DNA from: Antedon mediterranea
Taxonomy: Eukaryota; Animalia; Echinodermata
Reading direction: 5' to 3'
DNA: 64,000 nt
NCBI RefSeq assembly: GCF_964355755.1
Contig: NC_092671.1
Location: 9,052,001 to 9,116,000, forward strand
The notes below the pieces were generated by a model. It made no database searches. It was given only the letters and a program-made list of their open reading frames with translations, and had not been told where the DNA came from. Both the position numbers and the translations under genes were made by a program. Each line of letters opens with the position of its first letter. The first letter of the stretch is position 1. Positions 11,901-23,619 of this stretch are shown one piece after another.

Positions 11901-14141
11901 TAAATCAACGAATCAGATCATTTTCACTTCGTTGCAGCAGCTCGGCCTTAACACGTTTCGTCATGCTCTGGATATCTATCTTCATGTCTAGTCACACTGG
12001 CTAGAGGTTTACAACGAGTTATTCAGCAGTGAGCTATACTACGTCTAGTCAACTTGGCTAGGCCGTGTTATTATTCAACAAGGAGCCAGTTGACTTTGCT
12101 GTACTTATGTTATAATTAACTTGGCATTCCAATAACAAAAAGCAAACCAGTCTTCCCAGCATGCACAGTGGTTATGTTGACATTTTTTTGGTGCAACAAC
12201 AATTTGTATCAGTGTTTTAGATGTAAACATTGTTTCATGTTTGACGTGCAAGTTCTCGAAATAAAATCTGTCAGACGACGTGCTATACATGTTGAATACA
12301 ATTTTTGAAACATTATTAACATAGGAAATTAATCAATTAGAAAAAGGAAATAAATTAATCTTTGTAATTTCTTTTTTCCACACACTATTTTAAAATATAA
12401 TGTTAATTCAAATCATTGAAGGTTAATAGCACTTCAGTGTAAATATTAGAAACTTGAATTTTATTTTATTTTCAAATTATTTGAACCTGCAAGTTTTGGG
12501 CAAGGGTCTCAACCAACAAACAAGTGAAGATGTGATATTATCAGTATGCTTACTTCATAGTTGAAAATAAAACAAAACTTGTTTAATCAATTATAAAACT
12601 TACCCTGTATTATCTTGTCTCTGTTTGACTGTGTCTCTCCACTGTAAAACAAAATAATGTTATTTTGTAATACACTATACTGTATAATACTGCACAATGT
12701 GAAAACATTCTTTATATCAGTGAGTGGTTTTAATTCCTTTTATCATTTCTTCTTACCACATGATAATTGCCCAAAACTAAAATACAATTGGTTAAAATGT
12801 TTGAATGCAGTATTTTTTGCAATGAGAAAGATATTTTTGGTCCACTTTTTGATGTGTCCGCAAGCAAGTCTATACAGAGCATACAGTAATTAAACTGAAT
12901 AAAGTAATAACATGTAAAGGTGTTCTTTTGTTTCAGTAGAAATGCACCTGTGTCTACCCTTAACTGATTAATTCTGGTCACAAACTTTTAATAGTGTACA
13001 GGACAAATAATCTTTCCCAAACAAAATTTTAAAATACTTGACATTTGCATGCTAAAATTCAATTCAAAGCAATAATGACATGTAGTATGGAGAACTTTAA
13101 TTGGAACAGAGCCAGTTACGAGAGCAGTCAGAATTCTGTCCCATGATGTAGTTATCAGACATATATCCTGAATAGTCTTCCCTTGTTGTAGACTTACCCA
13201 CAAACCAACCAATTATTGTCTCGTAATAAACCACACTGTTATTTGTTAAGAGAATATCTACTCCTGTTTTTATAGTATTTTAATATGGTTTGTTTTTAAA
13301 ATATAAATTACAATCTAATGATATTTATTTAGTTTGCAATATTGTTTACTTATTGTTACTGTATATAAAACTTTTTCTTAAATTTTAGTATGGTTACGTA
13401 CATTTTAAGTTTGATGTTGAATTTTGTTATGCTTGACAGCAATAATAATATAAGGTTTGGGCAAGTTGAAAGAAGAAATTTTAGTTTCATTGGATCAATG
13501 GACTGCATCACAATCAAACGTGCTGCTGCTGAGGTTTCACAACCGCTTGTTTGAATCCCACAATCTCGCAGATTTGACTGGTCACTCGCGCAAACACATC
13601 CTCGCACACGCAGTGATCTATTCCCACCTCGACTGCTCGTACATAAACAGTGACGAGTTTGAGGAGCTAGATATTATGCTATCTCCTCAATCAAAGTCAA
13701 GTATAATACGCTTAATATAATGTGGTGGTCATTTATACTCCTCCTGAGTGCGTTGCGGGGTGCATTGTGTATAACAGTTACAATTTGCACAGAAAACATA
13801 ACATACTTTGATTTATCTCTGTGTCAAATACCTGCCTAGCTAGACTACATTGTATTGTTTGTAGTCTGGCTCCATTGCAGACATTAATAATTTCATTAAT
13901 TCTCAATGAAACATTGATTACAGTTTTTCCACTTACTAGCCTATCAATATTCAATACTACTGTAGACCTAGGCTAGGCCCTATATTATTAAGACTCAAGA
14001 GAGAAGCTCACTTTTTAAATCAATTTTGTAGGCTGAAAAAAAGTAAAACAACGGGCTAATAAATACTTACTGTCGTACTAATGTAAGTAGAAAATAACAA
14101 TTTCGGTTAAAATCATTAGAATCCTTTCCATTCTGATCCAT
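8995..14141 (-). CDS. TIGAR: Fructose-2,6-bisphosphatase TIGAR (histidine phosphatase), 6 exons, 360 aa
   Basis: Exons (minus) 14141-14071, 12641-12604, 10673-10555, 10254-10180, 9888-9778, 9663-8995, GT-AG and in phase. Motifs LTLVRHGETQSNRDKIIQGQLDVPLS, SDLKRAMQTA, RLRERSYGQMEG, GGESL, ILIVSHG, SPNTGVSQF. Confidence 0.92.
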
Positions 14142-14647
14142 GATTAAACGCTTGTAATTTGGTTGAAAGACTATTAATCTAGGCTCATTCATAACCATGG
14201 TCCATCATGACACGCTTGATATCCTTGCCAATTCGCACACAAATTAAAGTCTAGCCTAAACTAGCTAGCAGCTGCACACTCGCTCTCCTCTCGCGCTGGC
14301 TAAACGTACCTATCATCATCAATCTTCTTTCAACCAAATTTTAGAGGTCTTTTTAGAATTGGCCAATCACATGCCGGTATTGAGAATAGAGAGTTGACCT
14401 TTAAATTAAGAGGCCCCCGGGCGGCAGGGGGATGATTTGCTCACAGATTGCATGCTTGGGTGAATTTGTTGCACGGTGTTCGTCGTCGTCGTCCTGCTGT
14501 ATGTCGTGTTCGCGGAGGTATATTCAGAGCGTCATTTCGACGATCGAGCATTCTCTACTTCTACGGAGCGCCATTTATGCCTTTATTTACTTCCGAATTA
14601 GAAATAGTACTACGGTAACTGCTCCAGTCGACCAAATTTAGCACCGG

Positions 14648-15635
14648 TGGAGCACAGTGATATAAAATAGAAATAAATCACTGAATTTTAATATCTTTTC
14701 GTATGTTAATAACACTGTGCTCAAGTGGACCCAATTTGGAGCCAGGGGAGCACAATGATATAAAATAGAAATAAATCACTGAATTTTAATATCTTTTCGT
14801 ATGTTAATACACTGTGCTCAAGTGGACCCAAATTGGAGCCAGGAGAGCACAGTGATATAAAATAGAAATAAGTCAATGATTTTTAGTATCTTTTCGTATG
14901 TTAATACACTGTACTCAAGTGGACCCAATTTGGAGCCAGGGGAGCACAGGAAGAGTGATATAAAATAGAAATAAGTCACTGAATTTTAATATCTTTTCGT
15001 ATGTTAATACACTCTGCTCAAGTGGACCCAATTTGGAGGCAGGGGAGCACAGTGATATAAAATAGAAAAAAGTCACTGACTTTGAATATCTTTTCGTATG
15101 TTACTACACTGTGCTCAAGTGGACCCAATTTGGAGCCAGGGGAGCACAGTGAATAGAAAAAAGTCACTGAATTTTAATATCTTTTCGTATGTTAATACAC
15201 TGTGCTCAAGTGGACCCAATTTGGAGCCAGTGGAGCACAGTGATAAAATAAAAAAAAGTAACTGAATTTTAATATCTTTTCGTATGTTAATACACTGTGC
15301 TCAAGTGGACCCAATTTGGAGACAGTGGAGCACAGTGATATAAATAGAAATAAGTCACTGAATGTTAATATCTTTTCGTATGTTAATACACTGTGCTCAA
15401 GTGGACCTAATTTGGCGCCAGTGGAGCACAGTGATATAAAATCGAAATAAGTCACTGAATTTTAATATCTTTTCGTATGTTAATACACTGTCTCACGTGG
15501 ACCCAATTTGGCGCGCGCGCCAGTGAGTACACAGTGATATAAAATAGAAAAAAAGGCACTAAATTATAATATCTTTTCGTATTTTAATACACTGTGCTCA
15601 AGTGGACCCAATTTGGCACCAATGGGAGCACAGGG
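14648..15635 (+). repeat. ~97-bp tandem array (about 10 units), left arm of foldback element
   Basis: Unit GGAGCACAGTGATATAAAATAGAAATAAGTCACTGAATTTTAATATCTTTTCGTATGTTAATACACTGTGCTCAAGTGGACCCAATTTGGAGCCAGG recurs at ~14648, 14746, 14843, 14941 and onward. Confidence 0.9.
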
Positions 15636-16984
15636 AAATAGTAACATATCGAGAAAAAATACTTCTGGAATTTAAAAATATTTCAAACTTGGTATATTTG
15701 TTCAATATCGGTTACTCCATCCGTAAATTCAAAGAAAAAATAGTTTCAAGCCACATCAGTGATTTTAATAACTTGCGTTTGCTTAAGATAATACTTACAA
15801 AAAAACATAAAATTCCGACACATATTATGTTAAACTCTAATAATGATTTTTACAAAAAAAAAACCGGTTAGGAATTCGATTTTTTCCCTGTAAATTGAGC
15901 AACTTAAATTAAAAATATACCAAGAAATATATATTGAAATCAAGGAGTATTTTTTTTTACAAAAGAAATGTTCGTATGTTAATACACTGTGCTCCAGTGG
16001 ATCCAATTTGGCGCCAGTGGAGCACAGGGAAATAGTCACATACAAAAACATCAAGAAAAAATACTTCTGGATTTCAAAAATATTTCAAACTTGGTATATA
16101 AGTTTAATATCGGTTACTCCATCCGTAATGCAAAAGAAAAATTAGTTTCAAGCCATATCAGTGATTTTAGTAATTTTCGTTCGTTTAAAATGTATATTTA
16201 TGATAGAACATAGAATTCCAACACATTTTTTAAACTTTAAATTTTGATCGTCATAAAATAATTGTCCTACACATTTGAAATTTGGTAGTATACGTTCAAT
16301 AGGTTACTACACGTTCAATATGTTACTACATAATTCATATTTTTAACATATGTCTTTTTTTTAATCGCTAAAGTTTAAAAAAATGTGTTGGAATTGTATG
16401 TTCTTTCATAAGTATTTATCTTAGACAAACGCAAGTTATTAAAATAACTAATGGATGTGGCTTGAAACAAATTTTCCTTTTGCATTACGGATGGAGTAAC
16501 CGATATTGAACTTATATACCAAGTTTGAAATATTTTTGAATTCGATAAATATTTTTTCTAGAAGTTTTTGTATGTGACTATTTCCCTGTGCTCCACTGGC
16601 GCCAAATTGGATCCAATGGAGCACAGTGTATTAACATACGAACATTTCTTTTGTAAAAAAAAAATACTCCTTGATTTCAATATATATTTCTTGGTATATT
16701 TTTAATTTAAGTTGCTCAATTTACAGGGAAAAAATCGAATTCCTAACCGTTTTTTTGTTGTGAAAATCATTATTAGAGTTTAACATAATATGTGTCGGAA
16801 TTGTATGTTTTTTCATAAGTATTATCTTAAGCGAACGCAATTTATTAAAATCACTGATGTGGCTTGAAACTATTTTTTCTTTTGGTTTACGGATGGAGTA
16901 ACCGATATTGAACATATATACCAAGTTTGAAATATTTTTTAATTCCAGAAGTATTTTTTCTCGATGTTTTTGAATGTGACTATT

Positions 16985-17782
16985 TCCCTGTGCTCCCATT
17001 GGTGCCAAATTGGGTCCACTTGATTGAGCACAGTGTATTAACATACGAAAAGATATTAAAATTTAGTGACTTTTTTCTATTTTATATTACTGTGCTCACT
17101 GGCGCGCGCGCCAAATTGGGTCCACGTAAGCACAGTGTATTGACATACGAAAAGATATTAAATTCAGTGACTTATTTCTATTTTATATCACAGTGCTCCC
17201 CTGGCTCCAAATCGGGTCCACTTGAGCATAGTGTATATTAAATACGAAAAGATATTAAAATTCAGTGACTTTTTCCATTTTATATCACTGTGCTCCACTG
17301 GCGCCAAATTAGGTCCACTTGAGCACAGTGTATTAACATACGAAAAGATATTAAAATTCAGTGACTTATTTCTATTTCATATCACTGTGCTCCACTGGCG
17401 CCAAATTAGGTCCACTTGAGCACAGTGTATTAACATACGAAAATATATTAACATTCAGTGACTTATTTCTATTTTATATCACTGTGCTCCCCTGGCGCCA
17501 AATTGGGTCCACTTGAGCACAGTGTATTAACATACGAAAAGATATTAAAATTCAGTGACTTATTTCTATTTTATATCACTGTGCTCCCCTGGCTCCAAAT
17601 TGGGTCCACTTGAGCACAGTGTATTAACATACGAAAAGATATTAAAATTCAGTGACTTATTTCTATTTCATATCACTGTGCTCCACTGGCGCCAAATTGT
17701 GTCCACTTGAGCACAGTGTATTAACATACGAAAAGATATTAAAATTAGTGACTTATTTCTATTTTATATCACTGCGCTCCAC
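16985..17782 (-). repeat. ~97-bp tandem array (about 8 units), right arm of foldback element
   Basis: Reverse complement of the left-arm unit; CACTGTGCTCC recurs every ~97 bp (17287, 17384, 17481, 17578...). Confidence 0.9.
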
Positions 17783-18547
17783 TAGTGCTAAATTTGGTCC
17801 ACTGGAGCAGCTACCGAAGTACTATTTCTATTTCGTAAGTAAATAAAGGCATAAATGGCGCTCCGTAGAAGTAGAGAATGCTCGATTGTCGAAATGACGC
17901 TCTGAATATACCTCGTTCGCGAAGTGTACTTGCTACACATGCGGTTTTAACCTGGGAAAACAATTCTCAGCGACATAACTGTAGCATACATCAGCCAAAG
18001 AACTTATAACACAAGAATCTCTTGTTCGTCCGAAGCGCGTAACAATTTCGAAAGGCATTGTGGGATAGAATAGAGCTATGGGTGGCGCCAATGTGAGCCA
18101 TGGAGTAGGGCGCCCGCATCAAATTAGAAAGTCAAAATCATAGAGGGGATCGGATCTGCTAATACTCTAGGGGGATAGAGTAATTATACCTCCATGGAGT
18201 AATTGACTTCCTAGTTTGGAGGGGGCGCTGCTTCATGCTGTGAAATGGCGTCGCCCAGTTTGACCTTTTAACCCTGTACTTCCGACACTGTGTTTTGAAT
18301 GGAAATTGAAGAACAGGAGATTCTTGTGTTATATAAGTTCTTTGATACAGCCTACTAGTACTACTTGACAAGCTTAGGTTTAGGATAGAATTTTTGCCAT
18401 CAGTATTGTGCGAATGTAAAGCAAGTAAAATGTCAAACACAAAAAAAGACAAAGCGGCAAATCAGCTAAAAGAATATAAGAAGCTGTTGCAGGTAAACCA
18501 AAACAAATTATATATTTATTATTTTTATTAGCCTATCACTCAGTATC

Positions 18548-21016
18548 GGTCACAGTGCATTTCGGCCGCCAAACATTTCGGCCGCCGGTTATGGAACGAC
18601 CAAATTCATGAAACTCCAAAAAGGACAAAATATGGCATGATCATTTCGGCCGCCAGGTATGGCGCGCCAAATTGAAATAGCCAGAAATAACTGTACAGAA
18701 TTACAGTGAAAAAAAATAACTTTATCAAGTCTATGGAACGCCACAGAGAATTATGGTCATTTAAACTAGAGATCAGTTGTGCAATGGGCTAAAAACTTCA
18801 GCATCAACTCCTTCTTATTAAAAAAATATCATTAATATTCACTGTAGTGATGGCAATGTGCACGCTATAAATATCGCTTGCTGTTTCTGGAATTGAAGCC
18901 CGCCGATACACTATTTAGTAAAATATTAACATTTTAACACACATGGCGTGTCATACATATTCAAGAATAATTACAATTCTGGCGGCCGAAATTAACAATA
19001 CATATTTATATATATGAAGAAACACAAATTATACAAAAAGTACAGACAGACAAACCAGTACAAGGACTACCTTGAGTACAAGAAACAGAGGAATGTCGCA
19101 AGTGCAAACGTGAGAAAGGCACGTATAGAACATGAGCAAAAGTTAATGAAGAACTTTAAGAAAAATCCTAAGCCAGTATACAAGTACATTAGGGAACAAC
19201 AAAAAGTAAAAGAAGGTATAACTAATCTTGTAAAAGAAGATGGAAGTTTGACCGAAAATGACCAGGAAGCAGTTGAAATGTTGAGCAAATTTTTTCAATC
19301 TGTATATACCCATGAACCAGATGGTGACCTACCCCAGTTTGATAGCAGGAACAGCGACAACATTCTTGAAAATATTGTATTTTCGGTAGAAGATGTTCAG
19401 AAAAAATTAAATCAACAGCAACCAAACAAAGCTCCTGGTCCAGATGGTGTCCATCCTATGGTTCTGAACCAATGTGCCAGTTCTCTAGCTCATCCACTTA
19501 CTATCATTTTCAAGCTCTCACTTGAGACAGGTAAATTACCAAAAGATTGGAAGACTGCAAATGTCACACCAATTTTCAAGAAAGGATCCAAGAAGAAAGC
19601 TGAAAATTATCGGCCCATCAGCCTAACATCAATACCATGTAAAGTTTTTGAATCAATCATCAAAGACAATGTGCTTGGCTTTGTTAAAGGAAGTAGAATG
19701 CTGTCTAGGTGTCAACATGGATTCCTAAGTGGTAGGTCTTGTCTAACAAATTTGCTACAAACATTCGAAACAGTCACTGAAGCTCTAGATAGTGGTGAAG
19801 ATGTGGATATCGTATACCTTGATTATATGAAGGCGTTCGATAGTGTTCCACATCGAAGACTAATTCACAAGCTGATAGGCTATGGAATATCTGGTAAGAC
19901 TATAAATTGGATAGCTGAGTTTCTGGCAGGAAGAACACAGAAAGTAATTGTAAGAAATACAACATCCAAGCCGGTAGATGTAGTGAGTGGAGTCCCACAA
20001 GGATCAGTCCTTGGCCCAATCCTATTCATCCTCTTCATAAACGATCTTCCAGATAAAATTATCAGCGCAGACTTTAACATGTTTGCAGATGATGCAAAGA
20101 TTATAAAGACCATCAAAGAAAAATCGGATTCAAGAAAACTTCAAATTGATCTTGATAGGGCTCAGGAATGGTCAGAGGACTGGCTGCTAAAATTCAATAC
20201 CAAGAAATGCGAAGTGCTCCATGTTGGTAGAAAGACAGAGAAATCAGAATATTGTCTAAATGGAGAAACGTTATTGGCAGTAAACGAAGAAAAAGACCTT
20301 GGTGTTATCTTCACTAGCGACTGCAAGCCAAGCCGACAGTGTGCTGCAGCAGCAGCTAGAGCGACGAATAGTATGAGAACTGTCAAAAGAACATTCAAAA
20401 ATATTGACAAAGAAAGTTTTCAGGTCATGTACAAGGCATACATCCGTCCACATATGGAATACTGTATACAGTCCTGGTCTCCTTACTATAACAAAGACAA
20501 AGAAATCTTGGAGAAGGTGCAGAGAAGAGCTACAAAGATGGTCAATAAGTGATCTACCATATGAAAAAAGGTTAGAATATCTTGATCTTCAACCATTAGA
20601 GACAAGAAGACTACGAGGAGATTTGATTGAAGCTTTCAAAATTTTGAAAGGCTTTGAGGATATTGACCCAAAAGATTTATTTAAATTGTCTCACAACATC
20701 AGAACCAGGGGACACAGCTTAAAACTATATCGTCCAAAACTTAGAGGAAATCTTATGTGCAGGGTCAACTTTTTTACCATCAGAGTCATACATCACTGGA
20801 ATTCTCTGCCTGAATATGTAATACAAGCCTCTTCAGTGAACATCTTTAAGTCTAGACTTGACAACTATTTTCGGCTAGAAATGGAATCTAATAGGCACTA
20901 GCCTAAACTATTTCCATCAAACATTAAGTGTAAGTGTAAGTGTATATTTTGTCCTTTTTTTTGGCGTTTCATGAATTTGGCAATTCCATAACCGGCGGCC
21001 GAAATGATCAGACACC
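18548..21016. mobile_element. Non-autonomous DNA transposon (GGTCACAGTG...TCAGACACC, 8-bp TSD) interrupted by a LINE
   Basis: TSD TCAGTATC at 18540-18547 and 21017-21024. Subterminal inverted motifs CATTTCGGCCGCCGGTTATGGAA / TTCCATAACCGGCGGCCGAAATG. Same ends as the element at 60394-62772. Confidence 0.85.
19014..20942 (+). mobile_element. 5'-truncated CR1-clade LINE (ORF2 reverse transcriptase) with one frameshift
   Basis: ORF 19014-20552 has KAPGPDG, NYRPISLTS, QHGF, DYMKAFDSVPH, SGVPQGSVLGP and FADD. The C-terminus continues in another frame (DLPYEKRL...RRLRGDLIE...RTRGHSLKL...WNSLP, stop 20901). 3' tail (TAAGTG)x3 at 20925-20942. Confidence 0.93.
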
Positions 21017-21443
21017 TCAGTATCTAGCCTACGCTATAGTATAGTTACATACAACAATCGTAATAGATAGATATGTGACAAGTTTAGGTATATGATAGGG
21101 CTAGTCTAGGCCTAGCTAACAGTAGGCTCTACCTAGCAGGCCCTAACCTACACAGTAGTAAATAGAGTCACTGGTGCTCCTATGTTTTAGGAGGCTATAT
21201 GTACAGGGGCCGGGCCTCAGGGCCTACACACTCTCTAGCTAGGTAAGGAACCAAGAAGGCAATTTGAATTATGCAGTGCAATTTTAATTGTGCAAGGAAA
21301 TCCTTGCGCAATTTCAAATTGCACAAGAATAATTATTTCTGATAAAAATTGACAAAAAAAATAAATTCTATGATACCCTTTCTTTATTTAATTAAAACCA
21401 TATGGTGGGTGATAGGCCTAGTCTTTGTTGCAGCAATTTTCAA

Positions 21444-22091
21444 ATGTCTTTTACAACGGTTCCCCGGAGCCAGAAATTCAAATCGAACGAATTTTTCGCT
21501 TTCACACACAGCTACGCGCATATCGCTTGAAGCAAAGATTATATAGCGCCGCTACGCGGCGCAAGATAGGTAACTGTTGCCAAGCTCCTATCTTATAACA
21601 CTACGCGCCCAGTAAATCCATGGACGCCATTCGGGCGGACAGGTTATTATTGCGATTTAAATGTAAATGGTTTAAATTTTGCGGTCCGCCTCGAAGTATC
21701 TGTGGTTAACCATCTTTATGATTGATTCATGGAAAAGGGAAGAAATTATGTAAACAAAGTAAAATAAAAGTTTCTTTGGGATCTGGACACTTTCCGATTA
21801 ATTCTGTGTGTTTACATTGATATGTTTGGTTAGACAAATTCGTTCTTTAACCGAAACATCGTGGATATTGCCTTGACAACGACTTTATTCCGGTTCAAAC
21901 TTGTCCGCCGGAATGGCGTCCATGGATTACAAAGGTCTCACCCAGTTACCTATCTTGCGCCGCGTAGCGGCGCTATACAATCTTTGCTTGAAGGTGCATA
22001 TCTGCGTGGTGGGGCGCAGTAAAAAGGAAACATTAACATTCAATTTGTCATCGCCGGAGCGGAATCGTGCCGGAACATGTGTGAAAGACCC
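21444..22091. mobile_element. MITE with long internal inverted repeats (TTAA-type, Kolobok-like)
   Basis: AAGCAAAGATT-TATAGCGCCGCTACGCGGCGCAAGATAGGTAACTG (~21530-21577) is inverted at ~21943-21990, and AATCCATGGACGCCATTC is also inverted. Right end GAAAGACCC|TTAA; left end degenerate TCAA|ATGTCTTT. Confidence 0.7.
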
Positions 22092-22364
22092 TTAACTGTA
22101 AACTACAGTATATCATGAGTATATCTATAATTTACTGACTTGCTGCACTGTGGCAGAATTTGAACTTTAAATACTGCCCTCTATTTATTATATATTTCTG
22201 CAGTTTATTCATGATTACTGTAATAATATCCTAGATTTATATAATGTTGTGAAACCTCTAAACGCTATACATATAATTTCCCTGGTCATTTTTAAATCAA
22301 ACATGTATCGAAACATACTCCCAAATGCTAGTAATCATTGCAAAGTTGTGTTTTGACCTTAACC

Positions 22365-23100
22365 ACCAGGTAACTATTTGTACACCTAGGTAGAGAGGAA
22401 ATCTTAAAGCCCCCTTCCCTACGTTTTTTAGATCTAATTTAAGATCACAAACTATATTTAATGTAAAAATAATACTATATGGTCCTATTGCGATAACTTT
22501 TTTCGTCTTTAAACGGTTAAAAATGTGAAAAATAAGTCGATTCTAATAATTATAGCGGCCCGCTATAAATCCCAAAATGCATTGCGCGCGGATTGATATT
22601 TTTGTTTTTCACCTGTAATTCGACCACTTTTCGATCGATCGTGAGGCCAAAACAAATGGAAGACTCCTAACTTTTCAGCGAAAATACCGGGTTTTCCCCA
22701 ATTTGTATCAACGGAGTCTTGCAAAAATAGAAAGACAATTAATGCAGCAACTATACAACGTCAGGCTAGGTATATAGCTAGCGTACGATGTTCGTACGTT
22801 ACCGACGTTTACCAGCTAGGCCTACAAAACTAAGCCTAGCTAGGCTAGGCCTAAGACCGTCCACCTGAGGTCGATCGCCGCGAGCTACTTAGGTAGTGCA
22901 TTGTTTCTCACTTTTTATCATAATTTACCATAAAACGTACATTTAAGACAAGGAATGACATGGTTTAATGTTTTTAAAGTGATATATATGTATTATTTTC
23001 CAAAAAACGTCCAAAATTGCAGGGAAGGGGTCTTTAAGTTTAAGTAGTGTCTTGCCTAAGGATACAAGTGGATTCGAACCCACGATCTCATGATCATTGT
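22365..23100 (-). mobile_element. tRNA-derived SINE split by the MITE at 22408-23033
   Basis: The flanks join as CCAGGTAACTATTTGTACACCTAGGTAGAGAGG...GTGTCTTGCCTAAGGATAC..GGATTCGAACCC. The reverse strand reads B-box GGTTCGAATCC followed by a typical SINE body. Confidence 0.6.
22408..23033. mobile_element. TTAA-flanked MITE (Kolobok-like) inserted into a SINE
   Basis: TTAA|AGCCCCCTTCCCTAC ... GCAGGGAAGGGGTCT|TTAA. Confidence 0.75.
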
Positions 23101-23467
23101 GCAGTTAATATCACCAAGACAATCAATCAATATTTTTTTGATTTGTTTTTGGCCACAATTAGCGACCAGGGACCACGATACCATTTTCGCGAACTATTTT
23201 TCCCATTTCTTCCTCTTTTATATTGAGTATCAGTCAAGAATTCTTGACAATTGAATTTGGACATGTCCAACCAACAGTGCCTCTTCATGATTTCCTTTGT
23301 AGACACCAGTACGGCATTCTTGTCATACAATAAGGAGATAATGCATGTTGATCTTGGGAGTGGGAAAGGATTGAGTGTTTTTGAGTTTATAGTTATAAAG
23401 TTAGAGTTCAACCAAATTTGTTTATTCCGATTTTGTACTGTTTTATTATTTTGCTATGAGTTGCTTA

Positions 23468-23619
23468 CCGGAAAAGTTAGGGGTGGGTTACTATTTTCAG
23501 GTGCCTAATTTAAGATTAGTAATAGTAACCCACTACTCTAATAGTACCCCCGTTCTATTAGTAGCCCACCCTAAAAAACAATCAATAATAACCCAGGGTT
23601 ACAATTAGAAGATTTACGG
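23468..23619. mobile_element. Short TA-flanked MITE (pogo/Tc1-like)
   Basis: TA|CCGGAAA ... ATTTACGG|TA with internal repeated GGGTGGGTTACTATT / AGTAACCCAC motifs. Confidence 0.45.

Larger units (their letters stand above)
14515..17914. mobile_element. Foldback-type DNA element, 3.4-kb near-palindrome
   Basis: Begins GAGGTATATTCAGAGCGTCATTTCGAC and ends GTCGAAATGACGCTCTGAATATACCTC, flanked by GTTCGCG (14508-14514, 17915-17921). The ~1.6-1.7-kb arms are mutually inverted around a ~110-bp centre. No transposase ORF. Confidence 0.92.

Noticed and set aside
14648-17846. Repetitive ORFs (LEHSVLTYEKIL etc.) or a CRISPR-like array in the foldback element
   Set aside because: Translations of a 97-bp repeat that is not a multiple of 3, seen on both strands because of the palindrome; no spacers and no transposase motifs.
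20404-20560. Programmed frameshift in the CR1 ORF2
   Set aside because: No slippery heptamer is evident and residues appear to be missing at the junction; a small deletion or sequencing error is simpler.
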